A DNA stretch of 64,000 nt from an uncultured Candidatus Rokubacteria bacterium (GTDB lineage: Bacteria > Methylomirabilota > Methylomirabilia > Rokubacteriales > CSP1-6). The DNA lies in NCBI GenBank assembly GCA_963754315.1, contig CAVWFS010000019.1, positions 768,001 through 832,000 of the forward strand, written 5' to 3'. The notes below the pieces were generated by a model. The model was not told where the DNA came from, did not search any database, and saw only the letters and a list, made by a program, of their open reading frames with translations. Made by a program: the position numbers and the translations under genes. Positions 9,270 to 19,155 of the stretch are shown piece after piece. Positions within the stretch are counted from its first letter, which is position 1. Each line of letters starts with the position of its first letter.

Positions 9270-10424
9270 ATGATGGAACCGCCAGCGAAGCCTGGCCGGA
9301 TGCCATACCTGGACGGGCTTCGCGGCCTGGCCATCGTGGCCATGGTCGTCAACCACACTGGTCGCTGGTGGATCGACCGCTCCTTCGGCTGGCCGCGCTA
9401 TCACCTGATCTACATCACCACCACGGTGGCCGCGCCGATCTTCCTCTTCCTGGTGGGCTTCTGCCAGGCCATCGCCCACTACAACGCCACCGTGCGCAGA
9501 GGGCAGAGCTTCGCGACGGTAGCGCCCCGCTACCTCCGGCGGGGAGTGGAGGTCATCCTGGCCGGCTATCTCCTGAACCTCATCGTGTTCTGTGACTTCT
9601 GGCGGGCGCTTGAGGCCATAGCGGTGGGCTCCCCGGGTCTAGGAGGGCTTTGCATCGATCCGCCATGGCAGCTCGGGGTGCTGCAGACCATCGGGTTCAG
9701 CATCATTGCGCTCGTACCGGCTTTGGCCGTGGTAGGACGTCGCTGGGGTCGCGTCCTGATCGTCGTCGTTTCGGTGGCGCTGTACGTGCTCTTCAGTGTG
9801 CTCGCCACGCCTCTCAATCACTGGTTGCCCCACCATCCCTTGGTCGCGCAACTCGTCTTCGCCGACTTTCCCCCGTGGCCCTGGACAACTCTGGTCTGCA
9901 TCTCGGCGGTCTTCGGCTGGAACTTCTGTGTCGCCAACCAGCGCGGTCCGCATGCCCTCACCCGCTATTTCGCCCTCATGGCCGGAGCCGGCGTCCTCTG
10001 CCTCCTCACCTTCGTCGCCTACGATACCTGGACCCACACGCCGGTCCGTTTCGGATTCATGCGCGATTTCATCGTCAACAAGCACTGGACGCCGCGCGGA
10101 ATCTCGCTCTTGTGGATTGGCACCGTGCTGTTTCTCTCGACACCGGTCGCCTACTACCTGATGGACGTCCGGGGGTGGGCGCCGCGCTGGCTGGTCGACC
10201 TGGGGCAAACGGCCATGGTGCTCTACTTCGTCCATCAGGTCATCGTGTTCACGATCGTGAAGCGCTGGATGGGGGTCGCGTTCGATTCGTGGCTGTACTA
10301 CGGGATCGCCAACGCCGCCCTCATGGTTCTCCTGCTCTACCTCGGGCGAGCGTGGCTCATCATCCGGCCGCGCCTCAGGCGCCGTCCCTCCTCCGACCGC
10401 GAACTGGCCCGCTCTCCAGCGTGA
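9270..10424 (+). CDS. Membrane acyltransferase-like protein (DUF1624/HGSNAT-like)
   Basis: LDGLRGLAIVAMVVNH, APIFLFLVG, GVLQTIG; many TM helices. Confidence 0.75.
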   Translation: MMEPPAKPGRMPYLDGLRGLAIVAMVVNHTGRWWIDRSFGWPRYHLIYITTTVAAPIFLFLVGFCQAIAHYNATVRRGQSFATVAPRYLRRGVEVILAGYLLNLIVFCDFWRALEAIAVGSPGLGGLCIDPPWQLGVLQTIGFSIIALVPALAVVGRRWGRVLIVVVSVALYVLFSVLATPLNHWLPHHPLVAQLVFADFPPWPWTTLVCISAVFGWNFCVANQRGPHALTRYFALMAGAGVLCLLTFVAYDTWTHTPVRFGFMRDFIVNKHWTPRGISLLWIGTVLFLSTPVAYYLMDVRGWAPRWLVDLGQTAMVLYFVHQVIVFTIVKRWMGVAFDSWLYYGIANAALMVLLLYLGRAWLIIRPRLRRRPSSDRELARSPA

Positions 10425-10436
10425 ATCGCAAGGCCC

Positions 10437-10466
10437 TTGACGCCCGCGGCACCGCCCCGTTACGAT
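10437..10466 (+). promoter_or_regulatory. Putative sigma70 promoter of the pqq operon
   Basis: TTGACG-N18-TACGAT upstream of pqqA. Confidence 0.5.
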
Positions 10467-10511
10467 GTGCGCAAGTACCCGGCCCGGGTGCTCTTCATTG
10501 GAGGTGAGGTT

Positions 10512-10610
10512 ATGGCTTGGGAAGCGCCGGACTTCATTGAAGTCAGGATGGACGCCGAGATCAATTCCTACCAAGACGACTTCGACCGGGAGCAGGACGA
10601 CCGCTTCTGA
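10512..10610 (+). CDS. pqqA: PQQ precursor peptide PqqA (32 aa)
   Basis: MAWEAPDFIEVRMDAEINSYQDDFDREQDDRF; W-x-x-P leader, ExxxY core, GGAGGT RBS, directly upstream of pqqB. Confidence 0.92.
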   Translation: MAWEAPDFIEVRMDAEINSYQDDFDREQDDRF

Positions 10611-10615
10611 TGACA

Positions 10616-10642
10616 CGGGGGGCCCTCGGGCGGCCCCCCATC
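10616..10642. repeat. Hairpin between pqqA and pqqB; truncated copy of the palindromic element family
   Basis: GGGGGGCC-CTCGGGC-GGCCCCCC-AT; reverse complement starts ATGGGGGGCC like the other copies. Confidence 0.55.
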
Positions 10643-10665
10643 TGCAGTAACAGCGGGGCCCGACC

Positions 10666-11586
10666 GTGCGCGTTCGCGTCCTGGGCTCGGCAGCTGGTGG
10701 AGGTTTTCCACAGTGGAACTGCGGCTGTCCTAACTGTCGCGGTCTCCGTGCTGGAACCTTGCGAGCCGCGCCGCGCACCCAAGAATCCGTCGCGCTGAGT
10801 CCTGACGGGAAGGCCTGGTTTCTCCTCAACGCCTCGCCCGAGATTCGCCAGCAGATCGAGGGCTTCCCAGAGCTGCATCCTCGTGGTCCGCGGCACTGTC
10901 CCATCGAGGCCATCGTGCTCACCAACGGCGATCTCGACCACACCTTGGGCCTGCTCTCCTTGCGCGAGTCCCATCCGCTCGTCGTCTATGCCACCGCGAG
11001 CGTCCAACGCGGCTTTACCGAGGGCAACGTCCTCTACCGGACCCTTCAGCGATTTCCCGGCCAGATCACGTGGCGTGTCCTTGCCCTCGGGCGCGAAGTC
11101 GAACTGGCGGGTGCAGACGGTCCGGGGTACGGTCTGTACGTGGAAGCCGTGACGGTACCGGGCAAACCTCCCGTTCATCTCGAGGGGCTCTTCCCTCCCG
11201 GTCCCGAGGACAACATCGGGCTCAAGATTCGGGCAGAGTCAACGAGAACCCGCCTGGCCTATTTCCCGGCCGCAGGGCGCATCACGCCCGCGGTCGCTGC
11301 CGCCCTCGAGGCCGCCGCTTGCCTGTTCTTCGACGGGACATTCTGGTCGAGCGACGAGCTGCCCGCCCTGGGCCTGGGAAGCAAGCGCGCCGAGGACATG
11401 GCGCACCTGCCGGTGGGCGGGACGGAGGGCAGCCTCGTGGCGCTGGCCGGGTTGCGCGCGGCCCGTCGAATCTACATTCACCTCAACAACACGAACCCAC
11501 TCCTGCGCGACGATTCTCCCGAGCGAAGGGCCGCGGAGGAGGCCGGTTGGGAGATCGCCTACGATGCCATGGAACTGACGCTGTGA
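10666..11586 (+). CDS. pqqB: PQQ biosynthesis protein PqqB
   Basis: LGSAAGGGFPQWNCGCPNC, RTQES, LNASP, HLNNTNP. Confidence 0.96.
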   Translation: MRVRVLGSAAGGGFPQWNCGCPNCRGLRAGTLRAAPRTQESVALSPDGKAWFLLNASPEIRQQIEGFPELHPRGPRHCPIEAIVLTNGDLDHTLGLLSLRESHPLVVYATASVQRGFTEGNVLYRTLQRFPGQITWRVLALGREVELAGADGPGYGLYVEAVTVPGKPPVHLEGLFPPGPEDNIGLKIRAESTRTRLAYFPAAGRITPAVAAALEAAACLFFDGTFWSSDELPALGLGSKRAEDMAHLPVGGTEGSLVALAGLRAARRIYIHLNNTNPLLRDDSPERRAAEEAGWEIAYDAMELTL

Positions 11587-12323
11587 CGGGGAAAACGGTG
11601 CGAGCGCCGCTCGCCCAGGAGGATTTCATCGGATGGATCCGCCGCGAGGGCGAGCAGCGCTACCATGATCACCATCGTTACCACGTGCTGATGCACGAGG
11701 GCGCTCTCACCAAGCTTCAGCTCCAGCAGTGGGTACTGAACCGCTACTACTATCAGACCCGGATCCCCATCAAGGACGCCGTCATCGTGGCCAAGTCCGA
11801 GGACCCGGACTTCCGTCGGATGTGGGTGCGTCGCATCCGTGATCACGACGGTGACGAGGCCGGCCAGGGCGGGCTCGAGCTGTGGTTGCGGCTGGCGGAG
11901 GGCGTGGGGCTCGATCGCGAGGAGGTGGCCAGCTGCCGCTCCGTCCTGCCCGGGGTGCGCTTCGCCTGCGACGCCTATGTCGAGCTTGTCCGCGAACGCA
12001 GTTTGCTGGAAGCCGTGGCCTCGTCGCTGACCGAGTTTTTCGCTCCCGACCTGATGTCCAAGCGTGTGCTGGCCTGGGAGAAGCACTACCCATGGGTGAG
12101 CCCCGACATGCTCGCCTACTTCCGCTCGCGCGTGCCGCGTGCCCGCCGCGATTCCGAGGAGGCCATCGAGTTCGTGGTGCGCCACGCCACCACCTATGCG
12201 CTTCAGGAGCGCTGCGTGGCTGCCCTCATCCGCAAGACGGAGATCCTCTGGCACCTCCTGGACTGCACCTATGCCGCCTATATCGAGCCGGGCTGGGGTG
12301 TGGTCGGGCCCCGTGCCACGTGA
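11583..12323 (+). CDS. pqqC: Pyrroloquinoline-quinone synthase PqqC
   Basis: RYHDHH, WVLNRYYYQTRIPIKD, RIRDHDG, VRFACDAY, SSLTE; GTG overlaps the pqqB stop. Confidence 0.95.
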   Translation: MTGKTVRAPLAQEDFIGWIRREGEQRYHDHHRYHVLMHEGALTKLQLQQWVLNRYYYQTRIPIKDAVIVAKSEDPDFRRMWVRRIRDHDGDEAGQGGLELWLRLAEGVGLDREEVASCRSVLPGVRFACDAYVELVRERSLLEAVASSLTEFFAPDLMSKRVLAWEKHYPWVSPDMLAYFRSRVPRARRDSEEAIEFVVRHATTYALQERCVAALIRKTEILWHLLDCTYAAYIEPGWGVVGPRAT

Positions 12324-12598
12324 TTTCGCCCGAGAGTCGGCTCCGGCTGGCAGCCAAGGCGCGCTTGCGTTTCGACCGCAAATCGTCGCGCTACATGCTG
12401 CTCTATCCAGAGCGCGGTCTGGTCCTCAACCCTACCGCGGCCGACGTTCTCCAGCTGTGCACGGGGGAGCGCACGGTGGGCGCCATCGTGGACGAGCTGG
12501 CCCGCAAGTACGGTCAGGAGCCACCCGCGGTGGAGCGTCAGGTCATGGACTTTCTGCGGACGATGGCCGACCGAGGCCTCGTGCAGACCGCGCCGTGA
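12320..12598 (+). CDS. pqqD: PqqA-binding chaperone PqqD
   Basis: RLRFDR...LLYPERGLVLNPTA..VLQLCTGERTV..IVDEL. Confidence 0.93.
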   Translation: MISPESRLRLAAKARLRFDRKSSRYMLLYPERGLVLNPTAADVLQLCTGERTVGAIVDELARKYGQEPPAVERQVMDFLRTMADRGLVQTAP

Positions 12599-13719
12599 GC
12601 GAACCGTATCGTCCGTACACCTTGGTGGCCGAGCTGACCTACCGCTGCCCGCTTCGCTGTGTGTATTGTTCCAACCCGCTGGACTATGCGAGCCACCAGC
12701 CCGAGGTGGACACCGTGACCTGGCTGCGTGTCTTCGACGAGGCCGAAGACCTGGGAGTGGTCCAGCTCAACCTCAGTGGAGGTGAACCGCTCGTCCGCGA
12801 CGATCTGGAGGTCCTGGTGGAGCGAGCGCGCCGCCTCGATCTCTACACCAACCTCATCACCAGTGGCATTCCCCTCACGCGCGACCGGCTGGAGCGTCTG
12901 CGCGATCTCGGGCTCGACAATGTGCAGATCTCCATCCAGGACGTGACGGCAGCCGCGTCCGATCGGATCGCGGGCACACGATCCTTCGAGCGCAAGCTGC
13001 AGGCGGCCGCCTGGGTCAAGGAGCTGGGGTTCCCCCTCACCCTCAACACCGTCCTTCATCGGGAGAACCTTGCCCAGACGGCCGCAGTCATCGCGCTCGC
13101 CGAGCGTCTCGGCGCCGATCGTCTGGAGCTGGCCAACACGCAGTATCTCGGCTGGGCGCTGGCCAACCGGGAGGGGCTCCTGCCCACCCGTGAGCAGCTC
13201 GAGCGCGCACGGGGGGTTGCGGCGGACGCGCGTCGCCGGCTGCGGGGCCGCATGGAAGTGCTCTTCGTCACTCCCGACTACTTCTCCGATCTACCGAAAG
13301 CCTGCGTGGACGGCTGGGGACGGCGGTTCATCGTGGTGAGCCCCGACGGCCTCGCCCTCCCCTGCCATGCGGCCCACACCATGCCCGATCTGAGCTTCGA
13401 GAACGTGAAGGATCGCTCGCTCGGCGATATCTGGCGCGACTCGCCGGGCTTCAACGCCTTCCGCGGCGAGGCCTGGATGCCCGAACCGTGCCGGAGCTGT
13501 GATCGGCGTGGCATCGACTTCGGCGGCTGCCGCTGTCAGGCCTTCCACCTGACCGGGCGCGCCACAGCCACCGATCCTGCGTGTCACCTCTCGCCTGACC
13601 ATGGCCTCATCGAGCACGCTCGCACCGTTGCCGCCGAGGGTGTCCCCGCACCGTTCGTGTATCGGACGGCCAAGGCTGGGGAGGCACCATCGTCCGGGCC
13701 TCGGGGCACCACACCTTGA
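12595..13719 (+). CDS. pqqE: Radical SAM peptide cyclase PqqE
   Basis: AELTYRCPLRCVYCSNP, SGGEP, SPASM cysteines, DFGGCRCQAF. Confidence 0.96.
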   Translation: MSEPYRPYTLVAELTYRCPLRCVYCSNPLDYASHQPEVDTVTWLRVFDEAEDLGVVQLNLSGGEPLVRDDLEVLVERARRLDLYTNLITSGIPLTRDRLERLRDLGLDNVQISIQDVTAAASDRIAGTRSFERKLQAAAWVKELGFPLTLNTVLHRENLAQTAAVIALAERLGADRLELANTQYLGWALANREGLLPTREQLERARGVAADARRRLRGRMEVLFVTPDYFSDLPKACVDGWGRRFIVVSPDGLALPCHAAHTMPDLSFENVKDRSLGDIWRDSPGFNAFRGEAWMPEPCRSCDRRGIDFGGCRCQAFHLTGRATATDPACHLSPDHGLIEHARTVAAEGVPAPFVYRTAKAGEAPSSGPRGTTP

Positions 13720-13745
13720 CAAACCGGGATGACGAGACGTATCGT
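13716..13745 (+). promoter_or_regulatory. Putative sigma70 promoter for the PQQ dehydrogenase, overlapping the pqqE stop
   Basis: TTGACA-N18-TATCGT. Confidence 0.4.
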
Positions 13746-13815
13746 CCGGCCCGCGTAGGCCTTGCGTGGTCGGAAAATCACCAATAGTGATCGATCCTCA
13801 AAGGGGAGGCTCACC

Positions 13816-15012
13816 ATGCGGCGTATCGTCGTGACATCGCTCGCGGTGGCACTCGTAGTCGGGCTCGCGCTCGCTCAACTGGCTCCCGCCCAGCAGCCTC
13901 CACCGGCGTGGAAGCAGGGCCAGCCGGCCGAAATGGCCAACTCACCGCTCGCCCCCGTTCCTCTGCCGCCGGCGCCGACCCCGGCCAACCAGATCAAGGT
14001 CGACCAAATCAAGCTGCCGCCCGGCTTCACGATCAGCGTCTGGGCCGACGGAATCCCGAATGCCCGGGAGATGGCCTGGGGCTCGAAGGGCACCTTGTTC
14101 CTGGGCAGCAGGGTCGCAGGCAACGTCTACGCGGTAGTCGACCGGGGCGGCCGACGCGAAGTCAAGGTCATCGCCAAAGGACTGACCCAGCCGAGCGGAG
14201 TGGCCTTCCGGGACGGGGCGCTCTACGTGGCCGAGATTCCTCGCCTTCTGAAGTTCGAGAACATCGAGGCCAACCTGGACAATCCGCCCGCGCCCAAAGT
14301 CGTGTACACGTATCCGCCGGACGCGCATCATAACTGGCGCTATCTAGCCTTTGGGCCGGATGGAAAGCTCTACTTCAACATGGGGGCGCCCTGCAACATC
14401 TGCATTCCGCCAGCCACCCATGCCAACATCTCGCGTGTCAACCCCGACGGGTCTGGTTTTGAGTACTTCGCCTATGGTGTCCGCAACAGCGTCGGCTTCG
14501 ACTTCCACCCCGTGACCAAGGAGCTGTACTTCACGAACCATGGGCGTGACTGGATGGGCGACGATGTGCCCAACGACACCTTGCATCACGCCCCACGGGC
14601 CGGTCTGCACTTCGGTTACCCCTACTGCCACCAGGGCGACATTCTCGACCCCGACTTCGGGGTCGGTCGCTCGTGCAGCGAATTCGCTCCTCCGTTGCTC
14701 AAGCTTGGACCGCACGTGGCGGGCATGGGCATCAAGTTCTACACGGGGAGCATGTTTCCGGCGCAGTATCGCAACGTCGCCTTCGTGGCGCTCAAAGGCT
14801 CCTGGAACCGCACCCAGAAGAGCGGCTACAAGGTGATGACAGTCGATCTCAAGCCCGGCATGGCCCCGAAGTATGAGACCTTTGCCGATGGGTTCACGGA
14901 CGGGACCACGGTGTTCGGCCGGCCGACATACATCGAGTGGATGCCCGACGGCTCGATGCTCCTATCCGACGACTACCTCGGCGCTATCTTCCGCATCGCC
15001 TACCAGCGCTGA
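13816..15012 (+). CDS. Exported PQQ-dependent sugar dehydrogenase (glucose/sorbosone dehydrogenase family)
   Basis: Signal peptide; LPPGFTISVWA, FGPDGKLY..GAPCN, GVRNSVG, GSWNR, GRP...SDD. Confidence 0.88.
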   Translation: MRRIVVTSLAVALVVGLALAQLAPAQQPPPAWKQGQPAEMANSPLAPVPLPPAPTPANQIKVDQIKLPPGFTISVWADGIPNAREMAWGSKGTLFLGSRVAGNVYAVVDRGGRREVKVIAKGLTQPSGVAFRDGALYVAEIPRLLKFENIEANLDNPPAPKVVYTYPPDAHHNWRYLAFGPDGKLYFNMGAPCNICIPPATHANISRVNPDGSGFEYFAYGVRNSVGFDFHPVTKELYFTNHGRDWMGDDVPNDTLHHAPRAGLHFGYPYCHQGDILDPDFGVGRSCSEFAPPLLKLGPHVAGMGIKFYTGSMFPAQYRNVAFVALKGSWNRTQKSGYKVMTVDLKPGMAPKYETFADGFTDGTTVFGRPTYIEWMPDGSMLLSDDYLGAIFRIAYQR

Positions 15013-15105
15013 TTCCGGTCTTCCTGTAGCGGTCCCGGCGGGATGGTTCCGGCCGGGGCCGCACGGGAAGCCGCTCAGTCTTCCCTGCTTTCATTCACGG
15101 AAATC

Positions 15106-15717
15106 ATGAGACGTGTGGTGGCGCGTCGCCGGCGGGTAGCCGTTGCGACTCTCGTCGTGGCCCTCGGGGCGGCAAGCGCGAACGTTTCCGGCGCCGATCT
15201 GAATGCCGCGCGAAAGAAGGCAGAGCCCTGCGGGGCGTGCCACGGGGCCGATGGCAATGGCGCCACCCCCGGTACGCCTTCCCTGGCTGGGATGCCCACC
15301 TTCTACACGCACTGGCAGCTGATCATGTATCGGGATGGACGTCGCCGCGACCCGCAGATGTCACCCTTTGCCGTTAACCTCAGCGACGCGGACATGGCCG
15401 ATCTCGCCGCCTATTACGCCGCCCAGCCTCCACGGGCCCGACCCGCTCGGATCGACGCGGCGCGAGCGGCAGCCGGACAGCCCATCGCCCAGCAGCAAAA
15501 CTGCACCTCGTGCCACGGGCCCCGGCTCATGGGCCAGCAGGGGGTCCCCCGGCTGGCGGGACAGGATTTCGACTACCTCCTCAAGCGGCTGCGCGGGTAC
15601 AAGTCCAAGACCACCAGCGATCTGGACGGGATGATGACGATGGTGGCCCAGCCGCTGACCGAGGCGGACATCGAGAATCTCGTGCATTTCATGGCCAGCC
15701 TCGCTACCGCGCCCTGA
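15106..15717 (+). CDS. Di-heme cytochrome c4-like protein
   Basis: Signal peptide; CGACH and CTSCH heme motifs, PxLAG repeats. Confidence 0.9.
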   Translation: MRRVVARRRRVAVATLVVALGAASANVSGADLNAARKKAEPCGACHGADGNGATPGTPSLAGMPTFYTHWQLIMYRDGRRRDPQMSPFAVNLSDADMADLAAYYAAQPPRARPARIDAARAAAGQPIAQQQNCTSCHGPRLMGQQGVPRLAGQDFDYLLKRLRGYKSKTTSDLDGMMTMVAQPLTEADIENLVHFMASLATAP

Positions 15718-15748
15718 GGGCGCAGAACTCGGCAGGCCCTCTGCCGGA

Positions 15749-16444
15749 TCAGGACACGCCAAGATAGCGCGACTTCACCTCTTCGTTGGCCAGCAGTTCG
15801 GCCGGGGTGGAGGAGTGCACGACGCGGCCCCGGCTGATGACGTGCACCCGATCGGCCACCGCCAGTCCCAGAGCCAGGTTCTGTTCCACAAGCAGGATCG
15901 GGAGGCCCTGCCGCTTCAGCTCTCCGATGACCTGGCCGACCTGGCGCACCAGCAACGGCGCCAGTCCCTCCGTGGGCTCGTCCATGAGGATCAGCTCCGG
16001 ATTCGTCATGAGGGCGCGGCCGATGGCCAGCATCTGCTGCTCACCTCCCGAGAGCGTGTTGCCGCCGTGACCCTCGCGCTCGCGCAAGCGGGGGAACAAC
16101 TCGTACACGCTCTCGAGAGTCCAGCGTCCCGAACGACCCGTACGTGCCACGAGCAGATTCTCCCGGACGGAGAGTGAAGGGAAGATACGGCGCCCCTGGG
16201 GAACCAGAGCCATCCCGCGCTCGACTGCCCGGAAAGGAGGCCAGCGCGTGATGTCGTCGCCTTTGAAGCACACCCGGCCGCGGCGAGGTGGGGTGAACCC
16301 GATGATCGAGCGGACGAGCGTGGTCTTCCCTACGCCGTTACGTCCCAGGATAGTCAGCACCTCACCAGAGTTCAGCGTGAGAGATATTCCCTGCAGCACG
16401 TGGCTGGTGCCGTAGTACGTATGGACGTCCTCGACCTCAAGCAC
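15749..16444 (-). CDS. livF: Branched-chain amino acid ABC transporter ATP-binding protein
   Basis: GRNGVGKTT, LSGGEQQMLAIGRAL, DEPTEGLAP, VEQN. Confidence 0.92.
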   Translation of the reverse strand: MLEVEDVHTYYGTSHVLQGISLTLNSGEVLTILGRNGVGKTTLVRSIIGFTPPRRGRVCFKGDDITRWPPFRAVERGMALVPQGRRIFPSLSVRENLLVARTGRSGRWTLESVYELFPRLREREGHGGNTLSGGEQQMLAIGRALMTNPELILMDEPTEGLAPLLVRQVGQVIGELKRQGLPILLVEQNLALGLAVADRVHVISRGRVVHSSTPAELLANEEVKSRYLGVS

Positions 16445-17195
16445 CGAGATAAATCTCGCGGACCTGGGGATTCGCCTTGATCTCGTCCCGCAACCCGTCG
16501 GCGATGACCCGCCCGAAGTGCAGCACGGTCACGTGCTGGCTGACCTCGAGGGCGATATCCATGTCGTGCTCGATCATGAGTACCGTGATGCCAGGATCCA
16601 GCCCCTTCAGCAGGTCGGCCATCAGGCGCGACTCGGCGGGCGAGAGCCCCGCTGTCGGCTCGTCCAGCAGGAGCACGCGCGGCTGCCCGGCCAGGGCCAG
16701 CGCGATCTCTAGCTGACGCTGCTCGCCGTGGGAGAGGTTCTTGACCATCGCCGTGGAGGTATGGCCGAGGCCCACCATCTCGAGGACGTCATGCGAGCGC
16801 TCGTGGAGGGCGGGCAGGGAGGCCAGGGGCCGCCACATCGCGAACTTGGCGGGGGTGAGCGCCTGCACGGCGAGCAGGCAGTTTTCCATCACGGAGAGGT
16901 CGGGAAACAGGTTGGTGACCTGAAAGGTCCGCGTGAGCCCGAGGGCAGCCCGGCGATGAGCGGGCGCGTCAGTGACATCGCGGCCGAACAGCAAGATCGA
17001 GCCCGACGTCACCGCAAGGGCGCCGCTGATCAGGTTGAAGAGCGTGGTCTTGCCTGCTCCGTTCGGCCCGATGAGCGCGCGGCGCTCGCCTCGTTGCACG
17101 GCGAGGGTCACCCCGTCAACAGCTCGCAAGCCGCCGAACGCCCTGGAAACCCCGCGCAACTCGAGCGCCAGCATACGTTGCGAAGGCGGTGTCAT
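16437..17195 (-). CDS. livG: Branched-chain amino acid ABC transporter ATP-binding protein
   Basis: FGGLRAV, GPNGAGKTT, RTFQ, IEHDM. Confidence 0.92.
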   Translation of the reverse strand: MTPPSQRMLALELRGVSRAFGGLRAVDGVTLAVQRGERRALIGPNGAGKTTLFNLISGALAVTSGSILLFGRDVTDAPAHRRAALGLTRTFQVTNLFPDLSVMENCLLAVQALTPAKFAMWRPLASLPALHERSHDVLEMVGLGHTSTAMVKNLSHGEQRQLEIALALAGQPRVLLLDEPTAGLSPAESRLMADLLKGLDPGITVLMIEHDMDIALEVSQHVTVLHFGRVIADGLRDEIKANPQVREIYLGA

Positions 17196-17270
17196 GCGAG
17201 GTCGAGTGCGGCCCGCAAACCCTCCTCGATTCGAGCCAAGACCTCAAGGGGAAGTGCGCGGACACGCACT

Positions 17271-18185
17271 TCAGCGGCCCCGGAGGGCGCCCACGATGCC
17301 GCGGGGGGCGAAGAGGGTCACCCCGATGTAGACGGCACCGAGGATAAGCAGCCAGCGCTTGGTGTAGACGCTCACGAAGTTCTTGAGGAAGACGATGACG
17401 GCAGCGCCAAGAGCAGGTCCGGCCAGGGTGCCGGGCCCCCCAAGGGCGACCATGAGGAGCGTCTCCACCGAGGTCAGGAGCTGCACGTCGGTGGGGGCCA
17501 CGAAGCCGTTGAAATAGGCCCACAGCACGCCCGCGAACCCGGCCACCGTCCCCGACAGCACGAAGGCCACGTACTTGTGAAGCCACACGTTGTAGCCGAG
17601 AGCGCGCATGCGGGACTCGCTCTCCCGGATGCCCTTGAGGCCAAGGCCGAAGGGAGAGCTCACCAGCAATCCGAGGAGGGCCCAGGCCACGGTGGCGGCC
17701 ACCAGGGCGAGATAGAAGAAGGGCACCGGAGAGGAGAAGTCGAGGGCGCCCAGCGCGGGGCGGGGAACGCCGGAGACACCATTGTCGCCCTTGGTGAGGG
17801 ACGTCCACCGAAAGGCGAGGCCCCATACGACCATCCCGAGGGCAAGCGTGATCATCAGGAAGTATGTCCCCGTCGCACGGATGGCCACCAGCCCAAAGAC
17901 GGCGGCGGCGACGGCGGCGAGCGCCACACCCGTCAGCACACATCCAGCGAAACCGACCCCACGCTCGGTGGTGAGGAGCGCGACGGCATAGGCCCCTACC
18001 CCGAAGTACGCGGAGTGCCCAAGGGAGGGAAGCCCGGTATAGCCCAGGAGCACGTCGAGGCTCATGGCCAGGATCGCCACGATCAGGGTCTGGGTCAGCA
18101 ACGTCAGCGGATAGGAAGGCAACCCCGGCGCCGAGATGGCAAGAATCGCGACGATGAGGGTGCCCAGGAGCGCCTTGTGTCTCAT
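17271..18185 (-). CDS. livM: Branched-chain amino acid ABC transporter permease
   Basis: GYTGLPSLGHSAYFGVGAY, LTKGDNG, IRESE. Confidence 0.9.
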   Translation of the reverse strand: MRHKALLGTLIVAILAISAPGLPSYPLTLLTQTLIVAILAMSLDVLLGYTGLPSLGHSAYFGVGAYAVALLTTERGVGFAGCVLTGVALAAVAAAVFGLVAIRATGTYFLMITLALGMVVWGLAFRWTSLTKGDNGVSGVPRPALGALDFSSPVPFFYLALVAATVAWALLGLLVSSPFGLGLKGIRESESRMRALGYNVWLHKYVAFVLSGTVAGFAGVLWAYFNGFVAPTDVQLLTSVETLLMVALGGPGTLAGPALGAAVIVFLKNFVSVYTKRWLLILGAVYIGVTLFAPRGIVGALRGR

Positions 18186-19042
18186 GCTCGACCGAAAAGC
18201 CCGGTCGGCCTGAGCGCGAGGATCACGGCCATCGGCGCGAACAGGGTGAAGTAGGACAGCTCGGGAAAGAGCGCCTTGCCGAAGTTGTCGAGGAGCCCGA
18301 CCAGCAGGCTCCCTGCCATAGCTCCCGGCAAGCTCCCCAGGCCCCCGACGATCACCACGACGAAGGCATATGGCAGCATCTCGAAGTCCGCCCCGGGATA
18401 GACGCCGAGGAAGCCTCCTCCGATCACCCCGCCCAGGGCGGCCAGGGCGGCTCCCAGTCCGAAGATGCCGAGCGATACTGTGGGCACTCGAATGCCCACC
18501 CCCTGGGCCATCTCGGCGTCGTCGACGGCCGCGCGGATCATGGCACCCACCCGGGTCCGATCGAGGAGCAGCCAGAGCCCGATGCCGATCGCGACCGCCA
18601 CCACCACCATGAAGATCCGATACACGGGGAAAACAAAGGCCCCCGCGCGGAGGACGCCGCTGAGCACGGAGGGAGTCGGGATCGTGTAGGGGTCGCCGCC
18701 CCAAATCAGCAGCGCCAGGTCCTGGAAGATGAGAGCGAAGCCGATCGTCATCAGGACCTGCCCGAGCGTCTTGCCCTTGAGCCGACGGAGAAAGAGCCGT
18801 TCCATGCCCATCCCGATGAGCGCGATGGCCACCGCCCCGACGGCCAGGGCCAGCCAGAAGCTCGCCGTCTTCCACACCACGGACAGCCCGACGTACCCGC
18901 CCAACATGAAGTATGAGCCGTGCGACAGATTGACGATCCGCATGACGCCGAAGATCAGGGAGAGACCGCTCGCGAGCAGGAAGAGCAGCGCCCCGTAGGA
19001 GATGCCGTTGAATGCCTGCGTGACCCAGAACTCGATGGTCAC
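18182..19042 (-). CDS. livH: Branched-chain amino acid ABC transporter permease
   Basis: GLSLIFGVMRIVNLSHG, VVIVGGLGS, LRPTGLFG; GTG start inferred. Confidence 0.9.
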   Translation of the reverse strand: MTIEFWVTQAFNGISYGALLFLLASGLSLIFGVMRIVNLSHGSYFMLGGYVGLSVVWKTASFWLALAVGAVAIALIGMGMERLFLRRLKGKTLGQVLMTIGFALIFQDLALLIWGGDPYTIPTPSVLSGVLRAGAFVFPVYRIFMVVVAVAIGIGLWLLLDRTRVGAMIRAAVDDAEMAQGVGIRVPTVSLGIFGLGAALAALGGVIGGGFLGVYPGADFEMLPYAFVVVIVGGLGSLPGAMAGSLLVGLLDNFGKALFPELSYFTLFAPMAVILALRPTGLFGRA

Positions 19043-19155
19043 CGGCGGAAATTCTACTATGGATGGCCAGGACCAGGGCCCGCCATGGGGCGTAATACTC
19101 CCGGAGTGGTGGGACATGCCGTATAGTGCGGGTGGCCGTGGCCAAGGAGGGGACC

